From contig CM102287.1 in assembly GCA_046563655.1 (NCBI GenBank), positions 1,612,001 to 1,676,000 of the forward strand: a stretch of DNA of 64,000 nt. Direction: 5' to 3'. Below, in pieces: positions 28,401 to 40,343 of this stretch. Source of the stretch: Yuukianura sp. NJ FZ-2021 (lineage: Eukaryota). The position numbers were made by a program, and so were the translations under genes. Numbering within the stretch: position 1 is the stretch's first letter; every line of letters starts with the position of its first letter. Under the pieces are notes generated by a model. It was not told the DNA's origin, did not search any database, and worked only from the letters and a program-made list of their open reading frames with translations.

Positions 28401-30892
28401 TATATGGTGATCGGACTCAAATTTACGGATTGCAAAATTGTGATCCAACATAGCCCAGAATGACTTTGTCCCTTTTTTTGCGAAAAAATTGAATTTTTTG
28501 CGAAAAAATTGAATTTTGCGAAAAAATTGAATTTTTTTCACCAAAAATTGAGTTATAGGCACTTTATATGGTTATCGGACTTAAATTTTCGGATTGAAAA
28601 ATTGTGATCCAACGTAGCCCAGAATGACTTTGTCTCTTTTTTTTGCAAAAAATTGAATTTTTTCACCAAAAATTGAGTTCTAGGCACTTGATGTGGTGAT
28701 CGGACTCAAATTTTCGGATTGCAAAATTGTGATTCAAAGTAGCCCAGAATGACTTCTTTGTCACTTTTTTTGCGAAAAAATTGAATTTTTTGCGAAAAAA
28801 TTGAATTTTTTCACCAAAAATTGAGTTCTAGGCACTTTATGTGGTGATCGGACTCAAATTTTCGGATTGCAAAATTGTGATCCAACATAGCCCAGAATGA
28901 CTTTGTCCCTTTTTTTTGAAAAAATTGAATTTTTTGCGAAAAAATTGAATTTTGCGAAAAATTGAATTTTTTTCACCAAAAATTGAGTTATAGGCACTTT
29001 ATATGGTTATCGGACTTAAATTTTCGGATTGAAAAATTGTGATCCAACGTAGCCCAGAATGACTTTGTCTCTTTTTTTGCAAAAAAATTGAATTTTTTCA
29101 CCAAAAATTGAGTTCTAGGCACTTGATGTGGTGATCGGACTTAAATTTTCGGATTGCAATATTGTGATCCACCATAGCCCAGAATGACTCCTTTGTCACT
29201 TTTTTTGCGAAAAAATTGAATTTTTTCACCAAAAATTGAGTTATAGGCACTTTATATGGTTATCGGACTTAAATTTTTGGATTGAAAAATTGTGATCCAA
29301 CGTAGCCCAGAATGACTTTGTCCCTTTTTTTGCAAAAAAATTGAATTTTTTCACCAAAAATTGAGTTCTAGGCACTTTATGTGGTGATCGGACTCAAATT
29401 TTCGGATTGCAAAATTGTGATCCAACGTAGCCCAGAATGACTTCTTTGTCACTTTTTTTGCGAAAAAATTGAATTTTTTGCGAAAAAATTGAATTTTTTC
29501 ACCAAAAATTGAGTTCTAGGCACTTTATATGGTGATCGGACTTAAATTTTCTGATTGCAAAATTGTGATTCAAAGTAGCCCAGAATGACTTCTTTGTCAC
29601 TTTTTTTGCAAAAAACTTGAATTTTTTCACCAAAAATTGAGTTATAGGCACTATATATGGTTATCGGACTTAAATTTTCGGATTGAAAAATTGTGATTCA
29701 ACGTAGCCCAGAATGACTTTGTCCCTTTTTTTGCAAAAAAATTGAATTTTTTCACCAAAAATTGAGTTCTAGGCACTTTATGTGGTGATCGGACTCAAAC
29801 TTTCGGATTGCAAAATTGTGATCCAACATAGCCCAGAATGACTTCTTTGTCACTTTTTTTGCAAAAAAATTGAATTTTTTCACCAAAAATTGAGTTCTAG
29901 GCACTTTATGTGGTGATCGGACTCGAATTTTCGGATTGCAAAATTGTGATCCAACATAGCCCAGAATGACTTCTTTGTCACTTTTTTTGCAAAAAAATTG
30001 AATTTTTTCACCAAAAATTAAGTTCTAGGCACTTTATGGGGTGATCGGACTCAAATTTTCGGATTGCAAAATTGTGACCCAACATAGCCCAGAATGACTT
30101 CTTTGTAATTTTTTTTGCGAAAAAATTGAATTTTTTGCGAAAAAATTGAATTTTTCACCAAAAATTGAGTTCTAGGCACTTTATGTGGTGATCGGACTCA
30201 AATTTTCGGATTGCAGAATTGTGATCCAACGTAGCCCAGAATGACTTTGTCCCTTTTTTTGCAAAGAAATTGAATTTTTTCACCAAAAATTGAGTTCTAG
30301 GCACTTTATATGGTGATCGGACTTAAATTTTCTGATTGCAATATTGTGATCCACCATAGCCCAGAATGACTCCTTTGTCACTTTTTTTGCGAAAAAATTG
30401 AATTTTTTCACCAAAAATTGAGTTATAGCCACTTTATATGGTTATCGGACTTAAATTTTCGGATTGAAAAATTGTGATCCAACGTAGCCCAGAATGACTT
30501 TGTCCCTTTTTTTGCAAAAAAATTGAATTTTTTCACCAAAAATTGAGTTCTAGGCACTTTATGTGGTGATCGGACTCAAATTTTCGGATTGCAAAATTGT
30601 GATCCAACGTAGCCCAGAATGACTTTGTCCCTTTTTTTGCAAAAAAATTGAATTTTTTCACCAAAAATTGAGTTCTAGGCACTTTATGTGGTGATCGGAC
30701 TCAAATTTTCGGATTGCAAAATTGTGATCCAACGTAGCCCAGAATGACTTCTTTGTCACTTTTTTTGCGAAAAAATTGAATTTTTTGCGAAAAATTGAAT
30801 TTTTTCACCAAAAATTCAGTTCTAGGCACTTTATGTGGTGATCGGACTTAAATTTTCGGATTGCAAAATTGTGATCCAACATAGCCCAGAAT

Positions 30893-31175
30893 CAAGGTAA
30901 ATAGAATACTTATAGGTACGGTCGTTGAAAATTGTTTGTTCAAAACTGAGTTGCTATGGGATTTCTTTGACTCCGAGTTCACTCATTTACAGTGTTGTTC
31001 AAAATTTTCAGCATTTTAGTCTCAATACTTTCGCCGCAAACTTAAAAATAGCTTAAAAACTCGGATGAACCTGTATTTTCACTCGGAGTGACGTCACTGT
31101 GAGTGAAATTGTAAACAGGTAATAAAGATAATAAAGAATCGGTTTTGGTCGCTAAGGCATTTTTGCCGCCCCCTG
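30893..31175. mobile_element. Insertion A, copy 4
   Basis: Same sequence, site and target duplication as copy 1. Confidence 0.85.
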
Positions 31176-32233
31176 GCCCAGAATGACTTCTTTGTCACTT
31201 TTTTGCGAAAATATTCAATTTTTTGCGAAAAAATTGAATTTTTTCACCAAAAATTGAGTTCTAGGCACTTTATGTGGTAATCGGACTTAAATTTTCGGAT
31301 TGCAATATTGTGATCCACCATAGCCCAGAATGACTCCTTTGTCACTTTTTTTGCGAAAAAATTGAATTTTTTCACCAAAAATTGAGTTCTAGGCACTTTA
31401 TATGGTGATCGGACTTAAATTTTCGGATTGCAAAATTGTGATTCAAAGTAGCCCAGAATGACTTCTTTGTCACTTTTTTTGCAAAAAAATTGAATTTTTC
31501 CCTAAAAATTGAGTTCTAGGCACTAGGTGATCGGACTAAAATTTTCGGATTGCAAAATTGTGATCCACCGCAGCCCAGAAGGACTTTGTCACTTTTTTTG
31601 CAAAAAAATTGTATTTTTTCACCAAAAATTGAGTTATAGGCACTTTATGTGGTTATCGGACTTAAATTTTCGGATTGAAAAATTGTGATCCAACGTAGCC
31701 CAGAATGACTTTGTCCCTTTTTTTGCAAAAAAAATTGAATTTTTTCACCAAAAATTGAGTTCTAGGCACTTTATATGGTTATCGGACTTAAATTTTCGGA
31801 TTGAAAAATTGTGATCCAACGTAGCCCAGAATGACTTTGTCCCTTTTTTTTGCAAAAAAATTGGATTTTTTCACCAAAAATTGAGTTCTAGGCACTTGAT
31901 GTGGTGATCGGACTCAAATTTTCGGATTGCAAAATTGTGATTCAAAGTAGCCCAGAATGACTTCTTTGTCACTTTTTTTGCAAAAAAATTGAATTTTTTG
32001 CAAAAAAATTGAATTTTTCACCAAAAATTGAGTTCTAGGCACTTTATGTGGTGATCGGACTCAAATTTTCGGATTGCAAAATTGTGATCCAACGTAGCCC
32101 AGAATGACTTCTTTGTCACTTTTTTTGCGAAAAAATTGAATTTTTTCACCAAAAATTCAGTTCTAGGCACTTTATGTGGTGATCGGACTTAAATTTTCGG
32201 ATTGCAAAATTGTGATCCAACATAGCCCAGAAT

Positions 32234-32516
32234 CAAGATAAATATAATACTTATAGGTACGGTCGTTGAAAATTGTTTGTTCAAAACTGAGTTGCTATGG
32301 GATTTCTTTGACTCCGAGTTCACTCATTTACAGTGTTGTTCAAAATTTTCAGCATTTTAGTCTCAATACTTTCGCCGCAAACTTAAAAATAGCTTAAAAA
32401 CTCGGATGAACCTGTATTTTCACTCGGAGTGACGTCACTGTGAGTGAAATTGTAAACAGGTAATAAAGATAATAAAGAATCGGTTTTGGTCGCTAAGGCA
32501 TTTTTGCCGCCCCCTG
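32234..32516. mobile_element. Insertion A, copy 5
   Basis: Same element; left end variant CAAGATAAATATAAT. Confidence 0.85.
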
Positions 32517-35500
32517 GCCCAGAATGACTTCTTTGTCACTTTTTTGCGAAAATATTCAATTTTTTGCGAAAAATTGAATTTTTTCACCAAAAATTGAGTT
32601 CTAGGCACTTTATGTGGTAATCGGACTTAAATTTTCGGATTGCAATATTGTGATCCACCATAGCCCAGAATGACTCCTTTGTCACTTTTTTGCGAAAAAA
32701 TTGAATTTTTCACCAAAAATTGAGTTATAGGCACTTTATATGGTTATCGGACTCGAATTTTCGGATTGCAAAATTGTGATCCACCGCAGCCTAGAAGGAC
32801 TTTGTCACTTTTTTTGCGAAAAAATTGAATTTTTGCGAAAAAAATTGAATTTTTTTCACCAAAAATTGAGTTCTAGGCACTTTATGTGGTGATCGGACTC
32901 GAATTTTCGGATTGCAAAATTGTGATCCACCGCAGCCCAGAAGGACTTTGTCACTTTTTTTTGCAAAAAAATTGTATTTTTTCACCAAAAATTGAGTTAT
33001 AGGCACTTTATGTGGTTATCGGACTTAAATTTTCGGATTGAAAAATTGTGATCCAACGTAGCCCAGAATGACTTTGTCCCTTTTTTTGCAAAAAAATTGA
33101 ATTTTTTCACCAAAAATTGAGTTCTAGGCACTTTATGTGGTGATCGGACTTAAATTTTCGGATTGCAATATTGTGATCCACCATAGCCCAGAATGACTCC
33201 TTTGTCACTTTTTTTGCAAAAAAATTGAATTTTTTCACCAAAAATTGAGTTCTAGGCACTTTATGTGGTGATCGGACTCAAATTATCGGATTGCAAAATT
33301 GTGATCCAACATAGCCCAGAATGACTTCTTTGTCATTTTTTTTTGCGAAAAAATTGAATTTTTTGCGAAAAAATTGAATTTTTTGCGAAAAAATTGAATT
33401 TTTTCACCAAAAATTGAGTTCTAGGCACTTTATGTGGTGATCGGACTTAAATTTTCGGATTGCAATATTGTGATCCACCATAGCCCAGAATGACTCCTTT
33501 GTCACTTTTTTTGCGAAAAAATTGAATTTTTTCACCAAAAATTGAGTTATAGGCACTATATATGGTTATCGGACTTAAATTTTCGGATTGAAAAATTGTG
33601 ATCCAACGTAGCCCAGAATGACTTTGTCCCTTTTTTTGCAAAAAAATTGAATTTTTTCACCAAAAATTGAGTTCTAGGCACTTTATGTGGTGATCGGACT
33701 TAAATTTTCGGATTGCAAAATTGTGATCCAACATAGCCCAGAATGACTTCTTTGTCACTTTTTTTTGCAAAAAAATTGAATTTTTTCACCAAAAATTGAG
33801 TTCTAGGCACTTTATGTGGTGATCGGACTCGAATTTTCGGATTGCAAAATTGTGATCCAACATAGCCCAGAATGACTTCTTTGTCACTTTTTTTGCAAAA
33901 AAATTGAATTTTTTCACCAAAAATTAAGTTCTAGGCACTTTATGGGGTGATCGGACTCAAATTTTCGGATTGCAAAATTGTGATCCAACATAGCCCAGAA
34001 TGACTTCTTTGTCACTTTTTTTACGAAAAAATTGAATTTTTTGCGAAAAAATTGAATTTTTCACCAAAAATTGAGTTCTAGGCACTTTATGTGGTGATCG
34101 GACTCAAATTTTCGGATTGCAAAATTGTGATCCAACGTAGCCCAGAATGACTTCTTTGTAATTTTTTTTGCGAAAAAATTGAATTTTTTCACCAAAAATT
34201 GAGTTCTAGGCACTTTATATGGTGATCGGACTTAAATTTTCTGATTGCAATATTGTGATCCACCATAGCCCAGAATGACTCCTTTGTCACTTTTTTTGCG
34301 AAAAAAATTGAATTTTTTCACCAAAAATTGAGTTATAGCCACTTTATATGGTTATCGGACTTAAATTTTCGGATTGAAAAATTGTGATCCAACGTAGCCC
34401 AGAATGACTTTGTCCCTTTTTTTGCAAAAAAAATTGAATTTTTTCACCAAAAATTGAGTTCTAGGCACTTTATGTGGTGATCGGACTCGAATTTTCGGAT
34501 TGCAAAATTGTGATCCAACATAGCCCAGAATGACTTCTTTGTCACTTTTTTTGCAAAAAATTGAATTTTTTCACCAAAAATTAAGTTCTAGGCACTTTAT
34601 GGGGTGATCGGACTCAAATTTTCGGATTGCAAAATTGTGATCCAACATAGCAGAGAATGACTTCTTTGTCACTTTTTTTGCGAAAAAATTGAATTTTTTG
34701 CGAAAAAATTGAATTTTTCACCAAAAATTGAGTTCTAGGCACTTTATGTGGTGATCGGACTCAAATTTTCGGATTGCAAAATTGTGATCCAACGTAGCCC
34801 AGAATGACTTTGTCCCTTTTTTTGCAAAAAAATTGAATTTTTTCACCAAAAATTGAGTTATAGCCACTTTATATGGTTATCGGACTTAAATTTTCGGATT
34901 GAAAAATTGTGATCCAACGTAGCCCAGAATGACTTTGTCCCTTTTTTTGCAAAAAAATTGAATTTTTTCACCAAAAATTGAGTTCTAGGCACTTTATGTG
35001 GTGATCGGACTCAAATTTTCGGATTGCAAAATTGTGATCCAACGTAGCCCAGAATGACTTTGTCCCTTTTTTTGCAAAAAAATTGAATTTTTTCACCAAA
35101 AATTGAGTTCTAGGCACTTTATGTGGTGATCGGACTCAAATTTTCGGATTGCAAAATTGTGATCCAACGTAGCCCAGAATGACTTCTTTGTCACTTTTTT
35201 TGCGAAAAAATTGAATTTTTTGCGAAAAAATTGAATTTTTTCACCAAAAATTGAGTTCTAGGCACTTTATATGGTGATCGGACTTAAATTTTCTGATTGC
35301 AAAATTGTGATTCAAAGTAGCCCAGAATGACTTCTTTGTCACTTTTTTTGCAAAAAAATTGAATTTTTTCACCAAAAATTGAGTTCTAGGCACTATATAT
35401 GGTTATCGGACTTAAATTTTCGGATTGAAAAATTGTGATCCAACGTAGCCCAGAATGACTTCTTTGTCACTTTTTTTGCGAAAAAATTGAATTTTTTGCG

Positions 35501-36129
35501 AAAAAATTGAATTTTTCACCAAAAATTGAGTTCTAGGCACTTTATGTGGTGATCGGACTCAAATTTTCGGATTGCAAAATTGTGATCCAACGTAGCCCAG
35601 AATGACTTCTTTGTAATTTTTTTGCGAAAAAATTGAATTTTTCACCAAAAATTGAGTTCTAGGCACTTTATATGGTGATCGGACTTAAATTTTCTGATTG
35701 CAATATTGTGATCCACCATAGCCCAGAATGACTCCTTTGTCACTTTTTTGCGAAAAAATTGAATTTTTTCACCAAAAATTGAGTTATAGCCACTTTATAT
35801 GGTTATCGGACTTAAATTTTCGGATTGAAAAATTGTGATCCAACGTAGCCCAGAATGACTTTGTCCCTTTTTTTGCAAAAAAATTGAATTTTTTCACCAA
35901 AAATTGAGTTCTAGGCACTTTATGTGGTGATCGGACTCAAATTTTCGGATTGCAAAATTGTGATCCAACGTAGCCCAGAATGACTTCTTTGTCACTTTTT
36001 TTGCGAAAAAATTGAATTTTTTGCGAAAAATTGAATTTTTTCACCAAAAAATTCAGTTCTAGGCACTTTATGTGGTGATCGGACTTAAATTTTCGGATTG
36101 CAAAATTGTGATCCAACATAGCCCAGAAT

Positions 36130-36411
36130 CAAGGTAAATAGAATACTTATAGGTACGGTCGTTGAAAATTGTTTGTTCAAAACTGAGTTGCTATGGGATT
36201 TCTTTGACTGCGAGTTCACTCATTTACAGTGTTGTTCAAAATTTTCAGCATTTTAGTCTCAATACTTTCGCCGCAAACTTAAAAATAGCTTAAAAACTCG
36301 GATGAACCTGTATTTTCACTCGGAGTGACGTCACTGTGAGTGAAATTGTAAACAGGTAATAAAGATAATAAAGAATCGGTTTTCGTCGCTAAGGCATTTT
36401 TGCCGCCCCTG
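36130..36411. mobile_element. Insertion A, copy 6
   Basis: Same element with a few substitutions and a 1-bp deletion. Confidence 0.85.
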
Positions 36412-36670
36412 GCCCAGAATGACTTCTTTGTCACTTTTTTGCGAAAATATTCAATTTTTTGCGAAAAAATTGAATTTTTTCACCAAAAATTGCGTTCTAG
36501 GCACTTTATGTGGTAATCGGACTTAAATTTTCGGATTGCAATATTGTGATCCACCATAGCCCAGAATGACTCCTTTGTCACTTTTTTTGCGAAAAAATTG
36601 AATTTTTTCACCAAAAATTGAGTTATGTGGTGATAACTTTATGTGGTGATCGGACTCAAATTTTTGGATT

Positions 36671-37567
36671 AGTAGAATGGTAATTCATGATCCCCGAACT
36701 TGTCCAAACAAACCGGACAAATAACCATGTTAGAAACAAAAAAAGACTAAACTAAAAACTAAAAAAGAGAAACATTAAATGAACTTCCTACTAGGTTGCT
36801 TGTTGTTTTCTTTCGTGAGGACGTCATTTTCTTGTATCTTCAGAAACTGTTTGTGTATGGCCGCTTTGAACGCTCCTTTAGTTTTGAGTTCCGTCGTTGC
36901 TTTTGGCAAGTAACCCCATAGTTGTTTCGTTTTTGATTTAAAAGAATTAGGAGTGATTGTTGTGTTCCTGGAGTGAATCATTTTTCGTGTTCTTAAGCCG
37001 GCTTCTTCTTCGGTGTCGTGCAAGTATTTCTCAAAATATGGAATGCTACGGTTGTTGAGGATATCAAATGCATGAAGTAGTACCATCATGTTGTGTTGAT
37101 GAGTAGGGAAGAGCCACCCAAGTTCCTTTGTGATCCGTAATTTCACTTTGTCGTATTTCTTGCTCTTGAGAATAAAGTGACCCGCCGTGCGTACTATTTT
37201 TTCCGCTGATTTCAATTGTACTTTAGTTGCGCTACCCCATATTTCAGCCATGTACCAAAGCTTAGACAAAACGTAAGATGTCATCAGAGTTTTTCGGTTG
37301 TCTTGTGTAAGAAGTCTTTGCATAGGGTAGAGTGAGAATATGATTTTTAAACATTTCTTTGTTGTGTTCATGATATGTGAATCCCACTTCAAGCAACCGT
37401 CTATGTTAAGGCCGAGGCTGGTAAGTGTTTCTGTTGTTCCGACTGTTACATTCTGAAATTGAAACTGCACTCCTTGAATTATATTCCTTATCTTCGGTTT
37501 TGCCACGATGAGGATTCCAGTTTTCTCAGGGTGAATTGTGAATCCGTTTTTTTGTGAATCCGTTGTG
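36671..37567 (-). mobile_element. 5'-truncated non-LTR retrotransposon (CR1/L2-group-like), copy 1, with a different 3' end
   Basis: Encodes the C-terminal RT/thumb region (HPEKT...LGLNIDGCLKWDSHI...SKLWYMAEIWG), stop at 36775-36777; the 3' flank differs from copies 2 and 3. Confidence 0.85.
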
Positions 37568-38363
37568 AATTGTGATCCAACATAGCCCAGAATGACTTCT
37601 TTGTCACTTTTTTTTTGCGAAAAAATTGAATTTTTTGCCGAAAAATTGAATTTTTTCACCAAAAATTGAGTTCTAGGCACTTTATGTGGTGATCCGACTT
37701 AAATTTTCGGATTGCAATATTGTGATCCACCATAGCCCAGAATGACTCCTTTGTCACTTTTTTTGCGAAAAAATTGAATTTTTTCACCAAAAATTGAGCT
37801 CTAGGCACTTTATGTGGTGATCGGACTTAAATTTTCGGATTGCAATATTGTGATCCACCATACCCCAGAATGACTCCTTTGTCACTTTTTTTGCGAAAAA
37901 ATTGAATTTTTTCACCAAAAATTGAGCTCTAGGCACTTTATGTGGTGATCGGACTTAAATTTTCGGATTGTAATATTGTGATCCAACATAGCCCAGAATG
38001 ACTTCTTTGTCACTTTTTGGTGAAAAAATTGAATTTTTTCACCAAAAATTGAGTTCTAGGCACTTTATGTGGTGATCGGACTCAAATTTTCGGATTGCAA
38101 AATTGTGATCCAACATAGCCCAGAATGACTCCTTTGTCACTTTTTTTGCGAAAAAATTGAATTTTTTCACCAAAAATTTAGTTCTAGGCACTTTGTGTGG
38201 TGATCGGACTCAAATTTTCGGATTGCAAAATTGTGATCCAACATAGCCCAGAATGACTCCTTTGTCACTTTTTTTTGCAAAAAAATTGAATTTTTTCACC
38301 AAAAATTTAGTTCTAGGCACTTTATGTGGTGATCGGACTCAAATTTTCGGATTGCAAAATTGT
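37568..38363. repeat. Satellite segment (same family)
   Basis: About 6 monomers between LINE copies 1 and 2. Confidence 0.97.
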
Positions 38364-39387
38364 TGTTGTTGTTGTTTAGTTTATTTTCCTATTCCGGATA
38401 GGTTTTTAAAAATAAACGGTTGTATACTGTCATTAGGTTAAGTGTTTAAAATTGTTTTCAATCAGTCAATTCGATTAATTAGTAATAGTTGAGCATTATT
38501 TTGATAATGAAAATGAAAACCATTTGATAATAGTAAACATCAAAGGTAAAAAGGTAAAAAGAAAGTAAAAATGAGAGAGAAAAAAAACAGAAACATTAAA
38601 TGAACTTCCTACTAGGTTGCTTGTTGTTTTCTTTCGTGAGGACGTCATTTTCTTGTATCTTCAGAAACTGTTTGTGTAAGGCCGCTTTGAACGCTCCTTT
38701 AGTTTTGAGTTCCGTCGTTGCTTTTGGCAAGTAACCCCATAGTAGTTTCGTTTTTGATTTAAAAGAATTAGGAGTGATTGTTGTGTTCCTGGAGTGAATC
38801 ATTTTTCGTGTTCTTAAGCCGGCTTCTTCTTCGGTGTCGTGCAAGTATTTCTCAAAATATGGAATGCTACGGTTGTTGAGGATATCAAATGCATGAAGTA
38901 GTACCATCATGTTGTGTTGATGAGTAGGGAAGAGCCAACCAAGTTCCTTTGTGATCCGTAATTTCACTTTGTCGTATTTCTTGCTCTTGAGAATAAAGTG
39001 ACCCGCCGTGCGTACTATTTTTCCGCTGATTTCAATTGTACTTTAGTTGCGCTACCCCATATTTCAGCCATGTACCAAAGCTTAGACAAAACGTAAGATG
39101 TCATCAGAGTTTTTCGGTTGTCTTGTGTAAGAAGTCTTTGCATAGGGTAGTGTGAGAATATGATTTTTAAACATTTCTTTGTTGTGTTCATGATATGTGA
39201 ATCCCACTTCAAGCAACCGTCTATGTTAAGGCCGAGGCTGGTGAGTGTTTCTGTTGTTCCGACTGTTACATTCTGAAATTGAAACTGCACTCCTTGAATT
39301 ATATTCCTTATCTTCGGTTTTGCCACGATGAGGATTCCAGTTTTCTCAGGGTGAATTGTGAATCCGTTTTTTTGTGAATCCGTTGTG
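38364..39387 (-). mobile_element. 5'-truncated non-LTR retrotransposon, copy 2 (complete 3' end)
   Basis: Same RT C-terminus, split by a 1-bp frameshift near 39015; on the minus strand it ends AATAAA-CTAA-(ACA)n; apparent target duplication AATTGT at 38358-38363 / 39388-39393. Confidence 0.9.
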
Positions 39388-39561
39388 AATTGTGATCCAA
39401 CATAGCCCAGAATGACTTCTTTGTCACTTTTTTTTGCGAAAAAATTGAATTTTTTGCGAAAAAATTGAATGTTTGGCGAAAAAATTGAATTTTTCACCAA
39501 AAATTGAGTTCTAGGCACTTTATGTGGTGATCGGACTCAAATTTTCGGATTGCAAAATTGT
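39388..39561. repeat. Satellite segment (one long monomer)
   Basis: Single monomer with extra 20-bp subunits between LINE copies 2 and 3. Confidence 0.95.
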
Positions 39562-39693
39562 TGTTGTTGTTGTTTAGTTTATTTTCCTATTCCGGATAGG
39601 TTTTTAAAAATAAACGGTTGTATACTGTCATTAGGTTAAGTGTTTAAAATTGTTTTCAATCAGTCAATTCGATTAATTAGTAATAGTTGAGCA
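39562..39693 (-). mobile_element. LINE copy 3, 3' tail portion (split by the BEL insertion)
   Basis: Matches 38364-38495 of copy 2 up to GAGCA, where the BEL LTR begins. Confidence 0.9.
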
Positions 39694-40250
39694 TGTTGGG
39701 AATTACTCAGCATATCCCAAATGGGAATAGAAATAATTTCAATATGAAAATGAAAGTGGGTTTAGATTAAAGTAGGATTAAGTTTAAAACTGAAAGTTAA
39801 GTTGCCTCGCTGAGAGGAGAAGAGAAGAGACTGAAATTAAGGTGAATTTAGATCTAAACCAAAGGGTTAAATTAATCCACTTGTGTGGAGAAGAGAATCA
39901 AAGGGAAAGGGTTAGCGTCTACTTTGTATGTGAAAATAGTACTACTGACTTGCGCACTAGAGCAGGGATAGTATGTGTATTTGTAAATCAACGCTTTCCA
40001 TAAGGTAGAATCTCTCCCTCCTTTTTACTACAGAAAAGATGCACCAGAAGAAGAGAGTCTAAAAGTAGCTTTTGCAGAGGCAGCAACTTACACATAGATT
40101 CTCACTGGTCACTTTGCAGTTCTCATTTTAATCACTTTCAATTAGTAGTTTTAAAGAGTAATGTTAGTTTTCAAGTTTTATTATTAAATAAATGAATCAA
40201 TCAGAAAACGTTCAGTGTTCAGAATCTGGCATTCCATCCAACAATCTTCA
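39694..40250 (+). repeat. BEL 5' LTR (557 bp)
   Basis: TGTTGGG...ATCTTCA, repeated at 53388-53947; AATAAA near the 3' end. Confidence 0.96.
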
Positions 40251-40261
40251 TGGTGCCGAAA
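40251..40261 (+). promoter_or_regulatory. BEL primer-binding site, probably tRNA-Phe
   Basis: TGGTGCCGAAA immediately after the LTR; complementary to the recalled 3' end of eukaryotic tRNA-Phe (...UUUCGGCACCA). Confidence 0.75.
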
Positions 40262-40343
40262 GACGGTTATAGTGAGTCATAATCAATCCGACTGCTATTA
40301 CACAAAGGATGACGAACCGATTTGGACATTGAGCTGTAAGTGA

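Larger units (their letters stand above)
1..36670. repeat. Tandem satellite array, ~125-128 bp monomer (variants +20/+40/+60 bp); continues beyond the left edge
   Basis: Continuous head-to-tail copies of CAAAATTGTGATCCAACATAGCCCAGAATGACTTCTTTGTCAC(T7)GCG(A6)TTGAA(T6)CACCAAAAATTGAGTTCTAGGCACTTTATGTGGTGATCGGACTCAAATTTTCGGATTG with recurring diagnostic variants; interrupted only by the small insertions listed separately. Confidence 0.99.

Noticed and set aside
1178..36119. Many 60-90 aa minus-strand ORFs (MPITQFLVKK...) in the satellite
   Set aside because: They are translations of the tandem monomer; their frames depend on homopolymer length and show no protein signature.
1915..36411. Site-specific targeting of the satellite by insertion A, the HINE or the LINE
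   Set aside because: Copies of each share rare flanking variants and identical junctions, which fits one insertion followed by array duplication.
1..36670. CRISPR-like array
   Set aside because: Units are repeated in full with no unique spacers, there are no cas genes, and the context is eukaryotic.
36775..37680. 301-aa satellite-LINE fusion protein
   Set aside because: The N-terminus is satellite sequence with a GTG start that happens to be in frame with a truncated RT lacking its catalytic core.
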